DNA of 64,000 nt, from NCBI GenBank assembly GCA_951406725.2, contig OX597830.1, forward strand, positions 54,746,001-54,810,000, in the 5' to 3' direction. The position numbers and the translations under genes were made by a program. The DNA comes from Octopus vulgaris. Taxonomy: Eukaryota. Below the pieces are notes generated by a model. It saw only the letters and a list, made by a program, of their open reading frames with translations. It was not told where the DNA came from and did no database searches. This document shows positions 30,293 to 42,555 of the stretch, piece after piece (the first letter of the stretch is position 1; each line of letters starts with the position of its first letter).

Positions 30293-31159
30293 TTTATATA
30301 TATATATATGTACAGGGATCTACATGTGAAACCACATGGTTGCAAAACACATTTTTGTGTCACATGGCTATGCCTGCTCATAAACATAGAAACACACATA
30401 CATAATATATAATCATTATTTAATGTCTGCATTCTCTGCTAGCATGGTAAAATAGTTTAGTAAAATGGTTTAACAGTATCTACTAGTCTGGGGTCTACAT
30501 TGAGAGCTTCTGTGTCTGCTTAGGCAGGGTTTTCTATGGCTGGATGCCCTTCTTTATGCCAACCACTTTAGAGTGTACTGGGTGCTTTTTTTTTTAGTGG
30601 CAGCAGCACTAGTGAAGTTGCCAATTATATACATACACACACATACACATGTATATACATATCCTAGTATAGTGGTGGTCTGCCCTTAGGCAGGTCCTGT
30701 GCACGTGAACCTTCTCCAGCACACTTTGTATGACCTGGGAAGGTTCATACTTTCACCTGCTGCCATTAAGTAGATTACTGGAACTTTGGCTACCATGACT
30801 AGACTTGGAATGAAAACTGGAGTGGTTTCCCGTTGCTTTCTTCAGGCAAGTGGAATTTGAACTCAGAATGTAGAGGCTGGAAAATTTACTGTAAAGCTTT
30901 TCTGCCAATGTGCCAATGATTTTGCAACTGTCCAGACTGCAGAGCAATGTGAAGGCATGTGGCCTTGTGGTTAGGGTATTGCACTCACAATTCCTGGACC
31001 TGGTAGTGCACTGTGTTCTTGAACAAAACACTTCATACCAACATATACACACTTAAAAATATACAAATGCACAAAAAAAAAAAAAACATATACAATTCTA
31101 TAACCACTCAGACATGCTCACATACAGAGCCATTGTATTATTCATTGTCTTTTCAACAG

Positions 31160-31309
31160 GAATGGTCCCCTTCGTTTGTCCTCTTTGGTGATCTTGGAGT
31201 GGAATCCCGCATTCATCCAACTCTAACCAATGAAGCATTGTCTGGCAAATATTCTGCCTTCTTCCATATTGGAGATTTTGCTTACAACTTCGAAGACGAT
31301 GGTGGACAG
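31160..31309 (+). CDS. ACP7: ACP7-like exon C: DxG and GDxxY metal ligands
   Basis: tttcaacag acceptor; EWSPSFVLFGDLGVESRIHPTLTNEALSGKYSAFFHIGDFAYNFEDDGGQ; donor gtaatt; 150 nt. Confidence 0.95.
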
Positions 31310-31329
31310 GTAATTATGGTTCTCTATCT

Positions 31330-31549
31330 ATGACGGAGTGCTAAAAAGTTCTTGGCCTTAAGGGCATCACGAAAAGCCTGGTTGGAAGCTCAACTTTCTG
31401 TGTTCTTTTACAGGGCTTAGAGAAACTGCTGCAATAAGTGTGTGGCTCTGAGAGGAGGATATGTTGGATAAAATCATAATCAACTGATCCTCTTGTATTT
31501 TCTTTTACCAAAAGCCAGGAACTTTTCAGCACCCCCCCCCCCCCCCGTA
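31330..31549. mobile_element. Mariner-like MITE
   Basis: Inverted ends acggagtgctaaaaagttcttggc and gccaggaacttttcagcacccc...cgta. Confidence 0.55.
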
Positions 31550-31596
31550 TATTGATTATTTGTTGTTGTTGCTGTAGTTCTTGTTGTTGAGCCGCA

Positions 31597-31894
31597 GATC
31601 TACTGTGATCAAATAGACTTATAATCAAAATTGTTCCAAGGCCATTGTGGACCCCTTCATGACTGAAACTACATGGAGGACCCTGTTTGTCTCGCTTGTG
31701 TTCTTGTTATTTATGTTGCTGTTGTTATTTAACCCCAGGACAGACCTCACTGAGAAGAACTATCATCAACAGCAACATAAACAACAAGAACACAAGCCAA
31801 ACAAACAGGGTTCTCCATGTAGTTCCAGTCATGAAGATGTCCACAATGGCCTTGGAACAATTTTGATTATAAGTCTATTTGATCACAGTAGATC
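31597..31894. repeat. Long inverted repeat (128-bp arms, 42-nt loop)
   Basis: 31597-31724 is the near-perfect reverse complement of 31767-31894. Confidence 0.9.
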
Positions 31895-32224
31895 AATATA
31901 GTAGATCTATATTCTACATTAATATTATAAAGAATATAAATAAAACATAAAAAAAAATGTTGGAATTTCTTTGAACAATATATATCCCTTTATACACAAT
32001 TATACAAATCCCTTTATATATATATATATGTGACCGTGTGTGTACCGTTGGCGATTTTTTTCCTCTGTCTTCCCTTCTCTGGATCTTTCCTTTTCCTATG
32101 TTTCCGACGAAGAGCTCTGCTCGAAACGTTAAACCCTCCTTCTTTCCTGAGTGTCCAATCATACTATATTTGTTCCACGTCCTCACGTTGTTGTGTTTTT
32201 TTTGTGGTGCTTTCTTGTTTGGAT

Positions 32225-32279
<55 letters not shown>

Positions 32280-32321
32280 TCTAAAAATCTAATGTTGATA
32301 ATATTTATGTTTTCATCACAG

Positions 32322-32397
32322 AATGGCGATGAGTTTATGGATATCATACAAGACTATGCAAAATATGTGCCTTACATGACAGCTCCAGGAAACCATG
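32322..32397 (+). CDS. ACP7: ACP7-like exon D: GNH(E) motif
   Basis: tttcatcacag acceptor; NGDEFMDIIQDYAKYVPYMTAPGNH + g; donor gtaaga; ends in phase 1. Confidence 0.95.
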
Positions 32398-32620
32398 GTA
32401 AGATAGGTTGTTGTTGTTTTTGTTGTTGTTTGGCCTTTTTCTGGCTTTATATTCTGAGTTCAAATGCCACCAGAGGTGACTTTGCCTTTTATTCTTTTGG
32501 GATTGATGAAATAAGTACCAGCAGAACACTGGAGTTGATGTAATCAATTATCCCTCTCTCCCATAATTTTAAGCTTTGTGCCTATTGTAGAAAAAAATTA
32601 TTATTATTATTATTATTATT

Positions 32621-33045
32621 AGTCGGTAGTTTTAATTTTATAGCGTGCTTTCACTTCACTACTGAGTGCAGCTCTGTGTGCCTTGGGTATGTGCTGTGAT
32701 TTGTTGCGATGCTCTGATGGTTATTGTATGGAAAATGTTCTGCGTAGGATGTGTGCAGTGCCTAGTAGTGCAATTTTCTGTATGTTATATGTGTTTGTAA
32801 GTCCTGGCGTTTTTGTTATGTATTTGTCTGAATATTTTTTTATCGTGCCTAATGCACCTACTATGATAGGAATTGTTTCTGTTTTTAGATTCCACATTCT
32901 GGTTACCTCTATTTCCAGGTCTTTGTATTTTGAAAGTTTCTCCATTTCTTTTAGAGACACGTTGTCATCTGACGGTATTGATACATCAATTAGAAAGCAT
33001 TTTTTCTTCATGATCTCTGACAACTATATCTGGTCTGTTGGCCTT
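32621..33045 (-). mobile_element. R4/Dong-like non-LTR retrotransposon 3' end (restriction-like endonuclease)
   Basis: RPDIVV...CFLIDVSIPSD...EKLSKYKDLEIEVTRMWNLKTETIPIIVGALGTI...IQKIALLGTAHILRR; flanked by (ATT)n on both sides. Confidence 0.85.
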
Positions 33046-33074
33046 AATTATTATTATTATTATTATTATTATTA

Positions 33075-33412
33075 TTTTTCCTTCTTTCTTCAAATTTTCT
33101 TCCGTTTCTCGCCGAGTGTTTTCTGTACACCCAGGGCAGAGAAGCTCATTGTATGCATTCCCAGGTTACACACACAAATTCACAGGTAAAATATGTATTT
33201 TAAAAAATTAATAAATAAATAAATTCATGAATGGATGTTGTTTTCACAGCGATAATGTTCTTCTCAGTACATGAGCCGTTCCAGTTAATACGATTTTTTG
33301 CACTTCCTGTAGGGATGGTAAGCCTGGTATCATTTTCAAATAGGTTTTGCTACCCTTTTTTATCATTCCCAGAGATTCTACAATCACTGGTACTGTAGTC
33401 ACCTTGAGATGC

Positions 33413-33414
<2 letters not shown>
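33075..33414 (-). mobile_element. Second R4/Dong-like 3' end, different subfamily
   Basis: WHLKVTTVPVIVESLGMIKKG...QEVQKIVLTGTAHVLRRTLSL*; flanked by (ATT)n. Confidence 0.8.
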
Positions 33415-33472
<58 letters not shown>

Positions 33473-33709
33473 GAGGATTAAGGCCATAAGCTGACAGAAT
33501 TCTTAGCATGCCAGGTGAAATGCTTAGTGGCATATAGTCCATCTTTACATTTTGAGTTCAAATTTTGTTGGTGTCGACTTCACCTTTCATCCTTTCAGGG
33601 TCAATAAAATAAGTGTTATGTAAGTACAGAGGTCAATATAATCAACTCACCTGCTCTACCAAACTTACTGGTCTTGTACCGAAATGTGAAATTGTTGTTA
33701 TTATTGTTA

Positions 33710-34794
33710 TTGAGCGAGAGAGCTGTGCATACCATCAAAGTGACACCCATCATGACTACCCATTCTCACCCATCATGGCTACCCATCTGATAAGGATAAG
33801 TCAGGCACAGGCATCACAACTAAACCATATGTGCATGACAAGGTGATCTCATATCAAAATTAACAGCACATGACCTTGCAGGTGGGGCCCAGTTAAAGTT
33901 TTCTACAATAAAAGTTGTCTGTGGATGTTGAATGAAACACCTATGTTTCCAGAAGTGAATTATTCAAACTCCAAAGAATTCCTCTCAACACATGCATATG
34001 ATGCTCCCCCAACAACTTCTGCTCATGATCTGAGATTCACATATCATTTGTCATGAAGGGACATATTTGACTGGTTATGGTCAAACAACTGACAAGTAAA
34101 TCTGTGGTATTGAGCAGAATAGTTGCTGTATTTTATATGATGACAAAACATGTACATGATAACACTTCCAATCAGTTAAGATCAGAAGCCATGAGAGCCA
34201 CTGCCTGGTACTGCATCAGGGCCTTATGATTATTATTGAGTGAGAGAGCAGTGCATGCCATCAAAGTGACACTGGGGTAAATTATACGAAGCCCAGTATA
34301 CCCATCATGACTACCCATCTGATAAGGGTACACTAGGCACATGCATCACAACAATATGTGTGCGGCATGGTGATCTCATATCAAGATAAACAGCACATGA
34401 CCTTGCAGGTGGCGCCCAGTTAGAATTTTCTTCTGGTTGAGTAACCCATCCTGCTCAAAAGGTCCCTGAATAAGGGTTGTTTAAGGAAATTGAACAAAGG
34501 TAAATTATCCAAACCTCTAAGGAATCCTTTCAACACATGGCTATGATGCTCCCCAACTATTTCTGCACATGGTCAGAGATGCACATATCATCAGCCACTA
34601 AGGGACATGCTCAACTGGTTAAGGCCAAACAACTGACAAGCAAATCTGTGGTATTGAGCAGAATATTTGCTGTAGCCCATCTTTTATACCAAGACAAAAC
34701 AATGTACATGATAACACTTCCAATCAGTTATGATCAGAAGCCACGAGAGCCACTGCCTGGTACTGCATCAGGGCATGGTACTGCAGCAGGGCAT
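33710..34794. mobile_element. Two tandem copies of a ~520-560 bp interspersed element in (ATT)n
   Basis: 33710-34223 and 34237-34794 are co-linear (tgagtgagagagcagtgcatgccatcaaagtgacac...ctgcctggtactgcatcagggc); further copies at 38572-39120 and 28172-28330 (partial). Confidence 0.8.
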
Positions 34795-36201
34795 ATGATT
34801 ATTATTATTATTATTCAGTCACTTGTTGTAGCTAGATAATTATAGGTTCTGACTCATTTTAAACACAACATGCCTTTTTGTAACATCTGGGCATTCGTTT
34901 CTGTTTTGTTACCTGCATACAGCAAACTTTCTACAAAGTTCTTTCATCATCTCTTCCCTCCTCCCCGCTCTCACCACGATTTCTAACAGCTGTCTTCTCC
35001 TATCCCCTCTCACTTCCTCCCTCCTCATATCGATTTCTTGGTCTTTATAAAGTTAAATGGGTCAATCGGAAATGGTTATTACATTTTTAGGATTCTGTGT
35101 GTGTATGAGTGTGTTTGTGTGAGTGTGTGCAAGTGTTTGTGTGTGATTATGTGTATGATTATGTGCAAGTATGTGTATTTCTGTGACTCTGTGTGTGTGT
35201 GTGAGTGAGTATGTGCAGTTACTTGTGTGTATGCATGTGGCTACATACAAGTGTATGAGTATGTATGCATGATTATGTACAAGTGTATGTGCATGCATGT
35301 GATTGTGTACAAGTCTGTATGTATATGTGTGTGACTGTGTATGAGCATGTACCCATGTGTGTATGTGAGTGGCTATGTAAGTATGAATGTAATTATGTGC
35401 AATTGTGTGCACATGTATGTGTGATTGTGTGCCTGTGTGTTGGTTGTCATCTATATCAGATCTATGTACACGCCAAAATCTGTCTATAAACTTGATTTTA
35501 TCTTATATATATATATTTATCTATCTTTATATATCAGTCTGTTTTTTTTTTATTGTTATTTAACATACATCCTCTCACTAACAAATCAGTAATTGTGTAA
35601 ATCTATGATCAGATGTTCCAGCCATAACCCAATATGTGCTATATTTTGTTAACCCTTTAGTATTCAGACCAGCTTAACTATTCAACCAGTTTTATGGTAA
35701 AACTGGATAGATCTGGCCTCTCACACTTATCCTACTATGTCTTTCTAAAACTAAGCAATCACCTCATGAAAATGTCTTAGCTGCAAGAAAATGCTTAATT
35801 CAAAATGATGTGAATAAATGAGCGTTATATTTAAGAGAGAAATCTGAATGTTGAAGGTAGTAGAGATTGGCTACTGTGTCTTGCTTGTTGAATAACGATG
35901 TAGAGGCTTCTTTGGCTCATTCATCACAGTGTTATTCATGCCCATGTGTGTGTGTGTGTGTGTGATGCTAAAGAACATATCTATAGATCCTGAGCCAAAC
36001 AAAGCCTTATGAGTGAATTTGGTAGAGAAACTCAAAGAAGGCCATTTGTATTTATCATAGAATTGGTGGTTTTTTTAAGCTTTTGCTTTGATTTTTAGCA
36101 AGTGGTATCTTTACCCTTCGTTTCTTAAAATATTTTATATTATACCTGTTTAGGTAGAAGTCTTTAAACATTTTATATTATACCTGTTTAGTTGGTGGTT
36201 T

Positions 36202-36240
<39 letters not shown>

Positions 36241-36470
36241 GGGTTTCTTTCAGTTTCCAGCTACTAATCCATTCATAAGGCTTTGGCTACCTCAGGTCTA
36301 TAATAAAAGACACTTGCTTGAGATGTCTCACAGTGAGACTGAACTCAAGGTCACGTGATTGGGAGTCACAGCCATGCCTGCACCTAAGTACATACATGCA
36401 TGTGTGTATATGTGTGTTTCTTTCTCTCTCTCTCTCTCTCTCTCTATCTCTATATATCTCTATATATATA

Positions 36471-36518
<48 letters not shown>

Positions 36519-36519
36519 A

Positions 36520-37068
36520 ATTAATCAAAGTATACAGTATTATACATCCATTTCAGCTGATCTTACCAATTGGTTTCACACTAAGGATTCAACAAAGTGT
36601 TAGGTAACAGCCTGATTATGTAACCCTGAGCTCTTCAGAGGTAGCCATTATGAAATGAAGCATGGTGACTGCTCTCTATTGTACCTTTAAGATTGTTGTT
36701 CTTGTGGAACATCAACCTTAAAGATAATGCATTTCCCATAAACACTTTTCCAGAAACTCTCACCACCTTGCAACAAAACATCCGCCAGAGAAGAGGTTTT
36801 TAATACAAAGAGGCATAACACTTAACTTAACCCCCTGCTCGATTTGTTACGTTGTCTTTTTCACAGCGACCACAAACTGCACATGTCTTTTCACCTCTCA
36901 CAATAGGGAGCAGTCACCATATTTCATTCCAAAATGGTTACCTCTGAAGAGTGCTGGTTTACATAATCGGAGTGCCGGTTTTACCTAACACTCCATTAAA
37001 TCCACTGTGTGAAACTGATAGGCAAGATCAGCTGTAATGGATATATGATACTGTACACTTTGATTAAT
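36520..37068. mobile_element. MITE/foldback with ~165-bp terminal inverted repeats
   Basis: 36520-36682 pairs imperfectly with 36900-37068 (attaatcaaagt...actttgattaat ends). Confidence 0.75.
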
Positions 37069-37214
37069 AGACCCACTCAACTGATAGATATACAAGTGCA
37101 TTTTTTCCTGACTTTTGGACTCTTAGATGGCTTACACACACACACACACAGACACACATGCACACACACACACACACATAGATAGGCCTTGATGTATTTT
37201 ATGCTTGTTTGCAG

Positions 37215-37335
37215 AGATTGACAATGAAACATTCGCTCAATATCGGTACCGTTTTTCCATGCCTGGAACCAGTTGGCCAATGAAGTTGAATAAATTGTGG
37301 TACAGTTTTGATATTGGACCAGTACATTTCATCAG
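37215..37335 (+). CDS. ACP7: ACP7-like exon E
   Basis: ttgtttgcag acceptor; (E)IDNETFAQYRYRFSMPGTSWPMKLNKLWYSFDIGPVHFI(S); donor gtttga. Phase 1/2 completes GNHE and fits the next exon. Confidence 0.93.
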
Positions 37336-39490
37336 GTTTGACACATTCTGAAAAAAAATTATATTTATTTTCTTTAATTAATTGATATTTTTTCTTTTTT
37401 GTTGCAGGACGAGGGAATGGTTTTTCTTTTTACTATTGTGAAAACTATTGTAAGAATTTGGAATGAATTATCAATCCAATGAATATTAGGATGCCATATC
37501 ACTTCAAAATTGCTACTCTTGTGCTTAAATCAGAAACTATTAATATCTATTATAGGTGCAGGAATGGCTGTGTGGTAAGTAGTTTGCTTACCAGCCACAT
37601 GGTTCCGGGTTCAGTCCCACTGCATGGCACCTTGAGCAATTATTGTCTAGCATAGCCTCGGGCCAACCAAAGCCTTCTGAGTTGATTTGGTAAACGGAAA
37701 CTGAAAGAAGCCTGTCGTATATATGTATATACATGTATGTGTGTGTATATGTTTATGTGTTTGTCCTCCCCAACATTGCTTGACAACCGATGGTAGTGTG
37801 TTTACATCTCCATACATTAGCAGTTTGGCAAAAGAGACAGATAGAATAAGTACTAGGCTTACAAAGAATAAGTCCTGGGGTTGATTTGCTCGACTAAAGG
37901 CAGTGCTCCAGCATGGCAACAATCAAATGACTGAAACAAGTAAAAGAGTAAAAAGAGAGAGCTATCTATTTAAAGCTGTATATGGTTTTGGTATGTCCAC
38001 TCTTGGAGTTTGGGTCTCCAGTCTGAAATACCCATCCTGTCTAGAATATTGATCTTCTGGAAGCTGTCGAGAGATGTGTACCTTCCATATTTTCAATGTC
38101 CTGTTTCTCTGGACATCAACACACTAAGGTTTCAACATCTTGCAGCTGACTCAGTAGAATTCTACAATATTATACATCATCTTTCCAACATCAACTTTGG
38201 GTACTTCTTTTAACTCAATACCTCTACCACCCATAAACATGCTTATAAAATGAAAAACCAGTGCAGTAGCCACAGCTTTCAGAAATACTTTCATGCTCAG
38301 AACTGTCAAAACATAGAATAAAGTAACTGCATCAGTTGTTAGCTGTCGGGTCACTGCAGTCTTCGAAAGTACCATAAACCCTTTCCTCTCTATGGCCTTT
38401 TTTATGTTTATTTTTCTATCTTTTTGTGTTTTATACTGTAAACCGTGCATGTACTTCTAGATTTCATTACTGTCTTTCTTTACTTGACTTATTGCACTTA
38501 GTTGTAGTACACCTCCGTACTGTACACAATAAACTGTATCATTATTATTACCATCATTATTATTATTATATATGAATGAGAGAGCAGCACATGCCATCAA
38601 GGTAACACTAGGGTACAAATATATGAAACCTAATATACCTGTCATGACTACCTGTCTGATAAGGGCACACCAGGCACATGCATCACAGTCATGTGTGTGC
38701 CATCTGATGATCTCATATCTAGATAAACAGCACATGACCTTGCAGGTGGAGCCCAGTTAGAATTTTCTTCAGATTGAGTAACCAATATCACTCAAAAGGT
38801 ACCTGTATAACAGTTGTTTAAGGATAATGAATAAAACACCCATGTTTCCATTTCATTGAAAGCCCAAAGAATCCCTTTCAATACATAGTTACTATGCTCC
38901 CTTACTACTACTGCTCGTGATCAGAAGTGCACATATTGTCAGCCACTAATGTCAGCTGATTAAGGTCAATCAAGTGACAAGCAAATCTGTGATATTGAGC
39001 AGAATATTTGCTGTAGCCCATCTTTTATACCAAGACAAAACATGTACATGCTAGCATTTCCAATCAATTAAAATCAGAAACCATGCGAGCCACCTCCTTG
39101 TATAGCATCAAGACATTAATTATTATTGTTAAGTCAACGAACTGGTAGAATCGTTAACACACCAGACACAATGCTTAGCTGTATTTCATCCGTAGTTACG
39201 TTCTGAGTTCTAATTCTCCTGAGGTCAGCTTTGCCTTTCATCCTATCAGGATCAATAAAGTATGTACCAGTAGAGCACTGGGGTTGATGTAATTGATTTA
39301 CCACTGGAAATGCTTAGTGGTATTTCACCTGTTATTACATTCTAAGTTCAAATCCCGCTGAGGAAAGACTTTGCCTTTCATCCTTTTGGGTTTGATAAAT
39401 TAAGTACCTGTCAAGTATTGGGGTTTATGTGATTGACTATCCCCACCACAAAAAAAAAAATGTCAGACCTTGTGCCTTTAGTAGAAAGGG

Positions 39491-39703
39491 TTATTATTAT
39501 TATTAAGGTGGTAAACTAGCAGAATTGTTTGCATGCTGGACAAAATGCTTAGTGGTATTTTGCCTGTCATTGCATTCTGGGTTCAAATTCTGCCAAGGTT
39601 GACTTTGCCTTTCATTCTTTCAGGGTCAGTAAATTAGGTACCAGTGATGTAATTGATTAGTCCCCGCCTGCAAATTTAAGACCTTGTACCTTTAGTAGAA
39701 AAG

Positions 39704-39748
<45 letters not shown>

Positions 39749-40254
39749 GGCATGGATGATGCCAGAATAGATAAAGAACTGGAGCGGGTAAGCCATTTCA
39801 TATTTCATTCTTTCATTATATTCATATTTCATATGTCACGTTCTATGTACCCCACATTTTGTCTGTCCCTGTGGTGTCCCCTCTTTTTTTCTCAGGCTTT
39901 ATGCCTATAATAAAGAAAAATAGATAAAGAACTGGACAAAATATATTTTTGTTTGTTTGCTTTGTACATATTCTTCCTGTCACTTAGAATACAAAAATAA
40001 AAACATTGAATATGGAATTAAATTAATGTTTTTTCCTTTCCTTCCAGTTATTCTACAGAAGTATTCTTCATAAAAGACACCAGATATATTGCAGCTCAGT
40101 CTGCTTGGCTAATAGAAGACTTAGACAAAGCAAATAAACAGAGAAAAGACCATCCTTGGATTATAGCTGTTGGTCATCGACCAATGTATTGTTCCAACAG
40201 CAATGATGATGATTGTACTTTGGAAAACTCCGAAGTTAAAGTGCAGTAAAGATC

Positions 40255-40285
<31 letters not shown>

Positions 40286-40611
40286 ATCTTCTTTCCTTTA
40301 TTTCTTTCTTCTGTATATGTGTATGTATGTATGTGTGTGCGCATATATATGAGTATCTCTGTCTGTCTGTCTGTCTCTCTCTCTCTATGTATATATTATT
40401 ATTATTATTATTAAGGTGGTAAGCTAGCAGAATTGTTAGCATGCTGGACAAAATGCTTAGTGGTATTTTGCCTGTCACTGCATTCTGGGTTCAAATTCTG
40501 CCAAGGTTGACTTTGCCTTTCATTCTTTCAGGGTCAGTAAATTAGGTACCAGTGATGTAATTGATTAGTCCCCGCCTGCAAATTTAAGCCCTTGTGTCTA
40601 TAGTAGAAAAG

Positions 40612-40650
<39 letters not shown>

Positions 40651-40739
40651 GGCATGGATGATGCCAGAATAGATAAAGAACTGGAGCGGGTAAGCCATTT
40701 CATATTTCATTCTTTTATTTATTATATTCATATTTCATA
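39491..40739 (+). repeat. Near-identical ~340-bp direct repeats flanking exon F
   Basis: 39491-39833 matches 40400-40739 across a SINE, an (ATT)n run and the unique ggcatggatgatgccagaatagataaagaactggagcgggtaagcc flank. Confidence 0.85.
40048..40245 (+). CDS. ACP7: ACP7-like exon F: VxxH ligand region
   Basis: cctttccttccag acceptor; YSTEVFFIKDTRYIAAQSAWLIEDLDKANKQRKDHPWIIAVGHRPMYCSNSNDDDCTLENSEVKV; donor gtaaag chosen because it gives the phase 2 needed by the next exon. Confidence 0.93.
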
Positions 40740-42330
40740 CGATGCACTTGGCATCCTTATTTAGGAGCCCTTAATTATATTTCTACATGAATAATATTTT
40801 TCTATATGAATAATATTTTGTCTAATGACTAATTCATCCTTTGTGCTGGGACACTGGTAGTAATCTATGTTATTACCCTTTAGAAACATTAGCACGCTGG
40901 GCGAAATGCTTAGCGATATTTTGTCTGTCGTTACGTTCTGAGTTCAAATTCCGCCAAGGTCGACTTTGCCTTTCATCCTTTCAGGGTCGATAAATAAAGT
41001 ACCAGTTTCGCACTGGGGTCGATGTAATCGACTTAATCCGTTTGTCTGTCCTTGTTTGTCCGCTCTATGTTTGGACCCTTGTGGGTAGTAAAGAAATATA
41101 TATATATCTAGTGGTGTATATCACCACTTTGATGTGGCTGTCCCCTAAGAGACAACAATATTGCTATTTCAACCCCAGAAAGACATCTCTTTCCAGCTGG
41201 TTTATTCAGTGCTCTCTCACACTTGATATTCATTGCAAACCGGAGAGAACTCCTGCCACCCTAGCTTGGAGATGACCAGATCATGTGATTTCAATCTTAT
41301 TGGATCACTTCAGTTGTAGGCACTCGTTCACCAGGCATATATATGTATGCATGCTTAAGTGAAATGGGGGAGCAGAATAGTCAGATCAATGCTCCACAAC
41401 CTTTTGTTGCTTGTGGTACGCTTATATACTTTTCAAAATTCAGCAGCACACCTGAACTAAAAAAAAATATATAACTAAAAGTATAGGGAAAAAAAATCAT
41501 TCAGGTTACACTGCGACACACCTAGCACCATCTCATGACACTAGTGGAGGTGCAATGGCCCAGTGGTTAGGGCAGCGGACTCGCGGTTCCAATTCCCAGA
41601 CTGGGCGTTGAGTGTTTATTGAGCGAAAAACACCTAAAGCTCCATGAGGCTCCGACAGGGGATGCTGGAGACTCCTGTTGTACTCTTTTGCCCCAACTTT
41701 CTCTCACTCTTTCTTCCTGTTTCTTGTCTCCGACTTCCTACGTAACCACTGAGCCTGGATGCACATTCATCTATCTGTCGATGCTCTCGGTGTCGGGGGT
41801 TGACCTGCTTTCTCTTCTGTGGGTCTTACGAATAGCAAAGGACCACGTTTTGGACTTCTCCCACTAATAGGACGAAGACCACTTCGCTCAACATACAAAC
41901 AAACACCAGCAACAACAACAACAACAACCTCTCTAGACAATTTGTTGCTTGTATAAAAATCTCTCTTGACATATTTGAAATTTTACCTGACTGTATGACC
42001 TGATTGTTTGACCTGCAAGAATAGCTTCTGAACCGGCTTCAAATTACACCCTACTACCTTGAGAAGGGGAGAGCATACTGAATAGTGGTTGTCCTAGTTA
42101 TTCAAAATAAGATGAAAGGTCAAGTTTGGAACTCTTTGCCCCATAGATCTGCTATCCATAACAACAACAAACCTCAAGTAGCATAACAATATCTCAAACA
42201 AACACACACACACACACACATGTCTACACCATAGAAATCTATGGATGATTTAGTGAATTGCTAATGTGTATACATATAATTTATTTAGACTGCTGTAAGC
42301 AAATGTGCACCAACAAGGAGAATTATAACC

Positions 42331-42555
42331 TATTTCTTTACTACCCACAAGGGGCTAAACACAGAAGGGACAAACAAGGACAGACAAACGGATTAAGTTG
42401 AATTTATCGACCCCAGTGCGTAACTGGTACTTATTTAATCGACCCCGAAAGGATAAGTCGACCTTGGCGGAATTTGAACTCAGAACATAGCGGCAGACAA
42501 AATACGGCTAAGCATTTTGCCCGGAGTGCTAACGATTCTGCCAGCTCGCTGCCTT
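42331..42555 (-). mobile_element. SINE family B with 16-bp target-site duplication
   Basis: TSD aaggagaattataacc at 42315-42330 and 42556-42571; body ggcgagctggcagaa...gagttcaaattcc...gtcgataaa...agtaccag; other copies near 1360-1560, 9830-10040, 21463-21693, 26190-26410, 26705-26915, 40880-41097, 47565-47795, 48194-48420. Confidence 0.88.
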
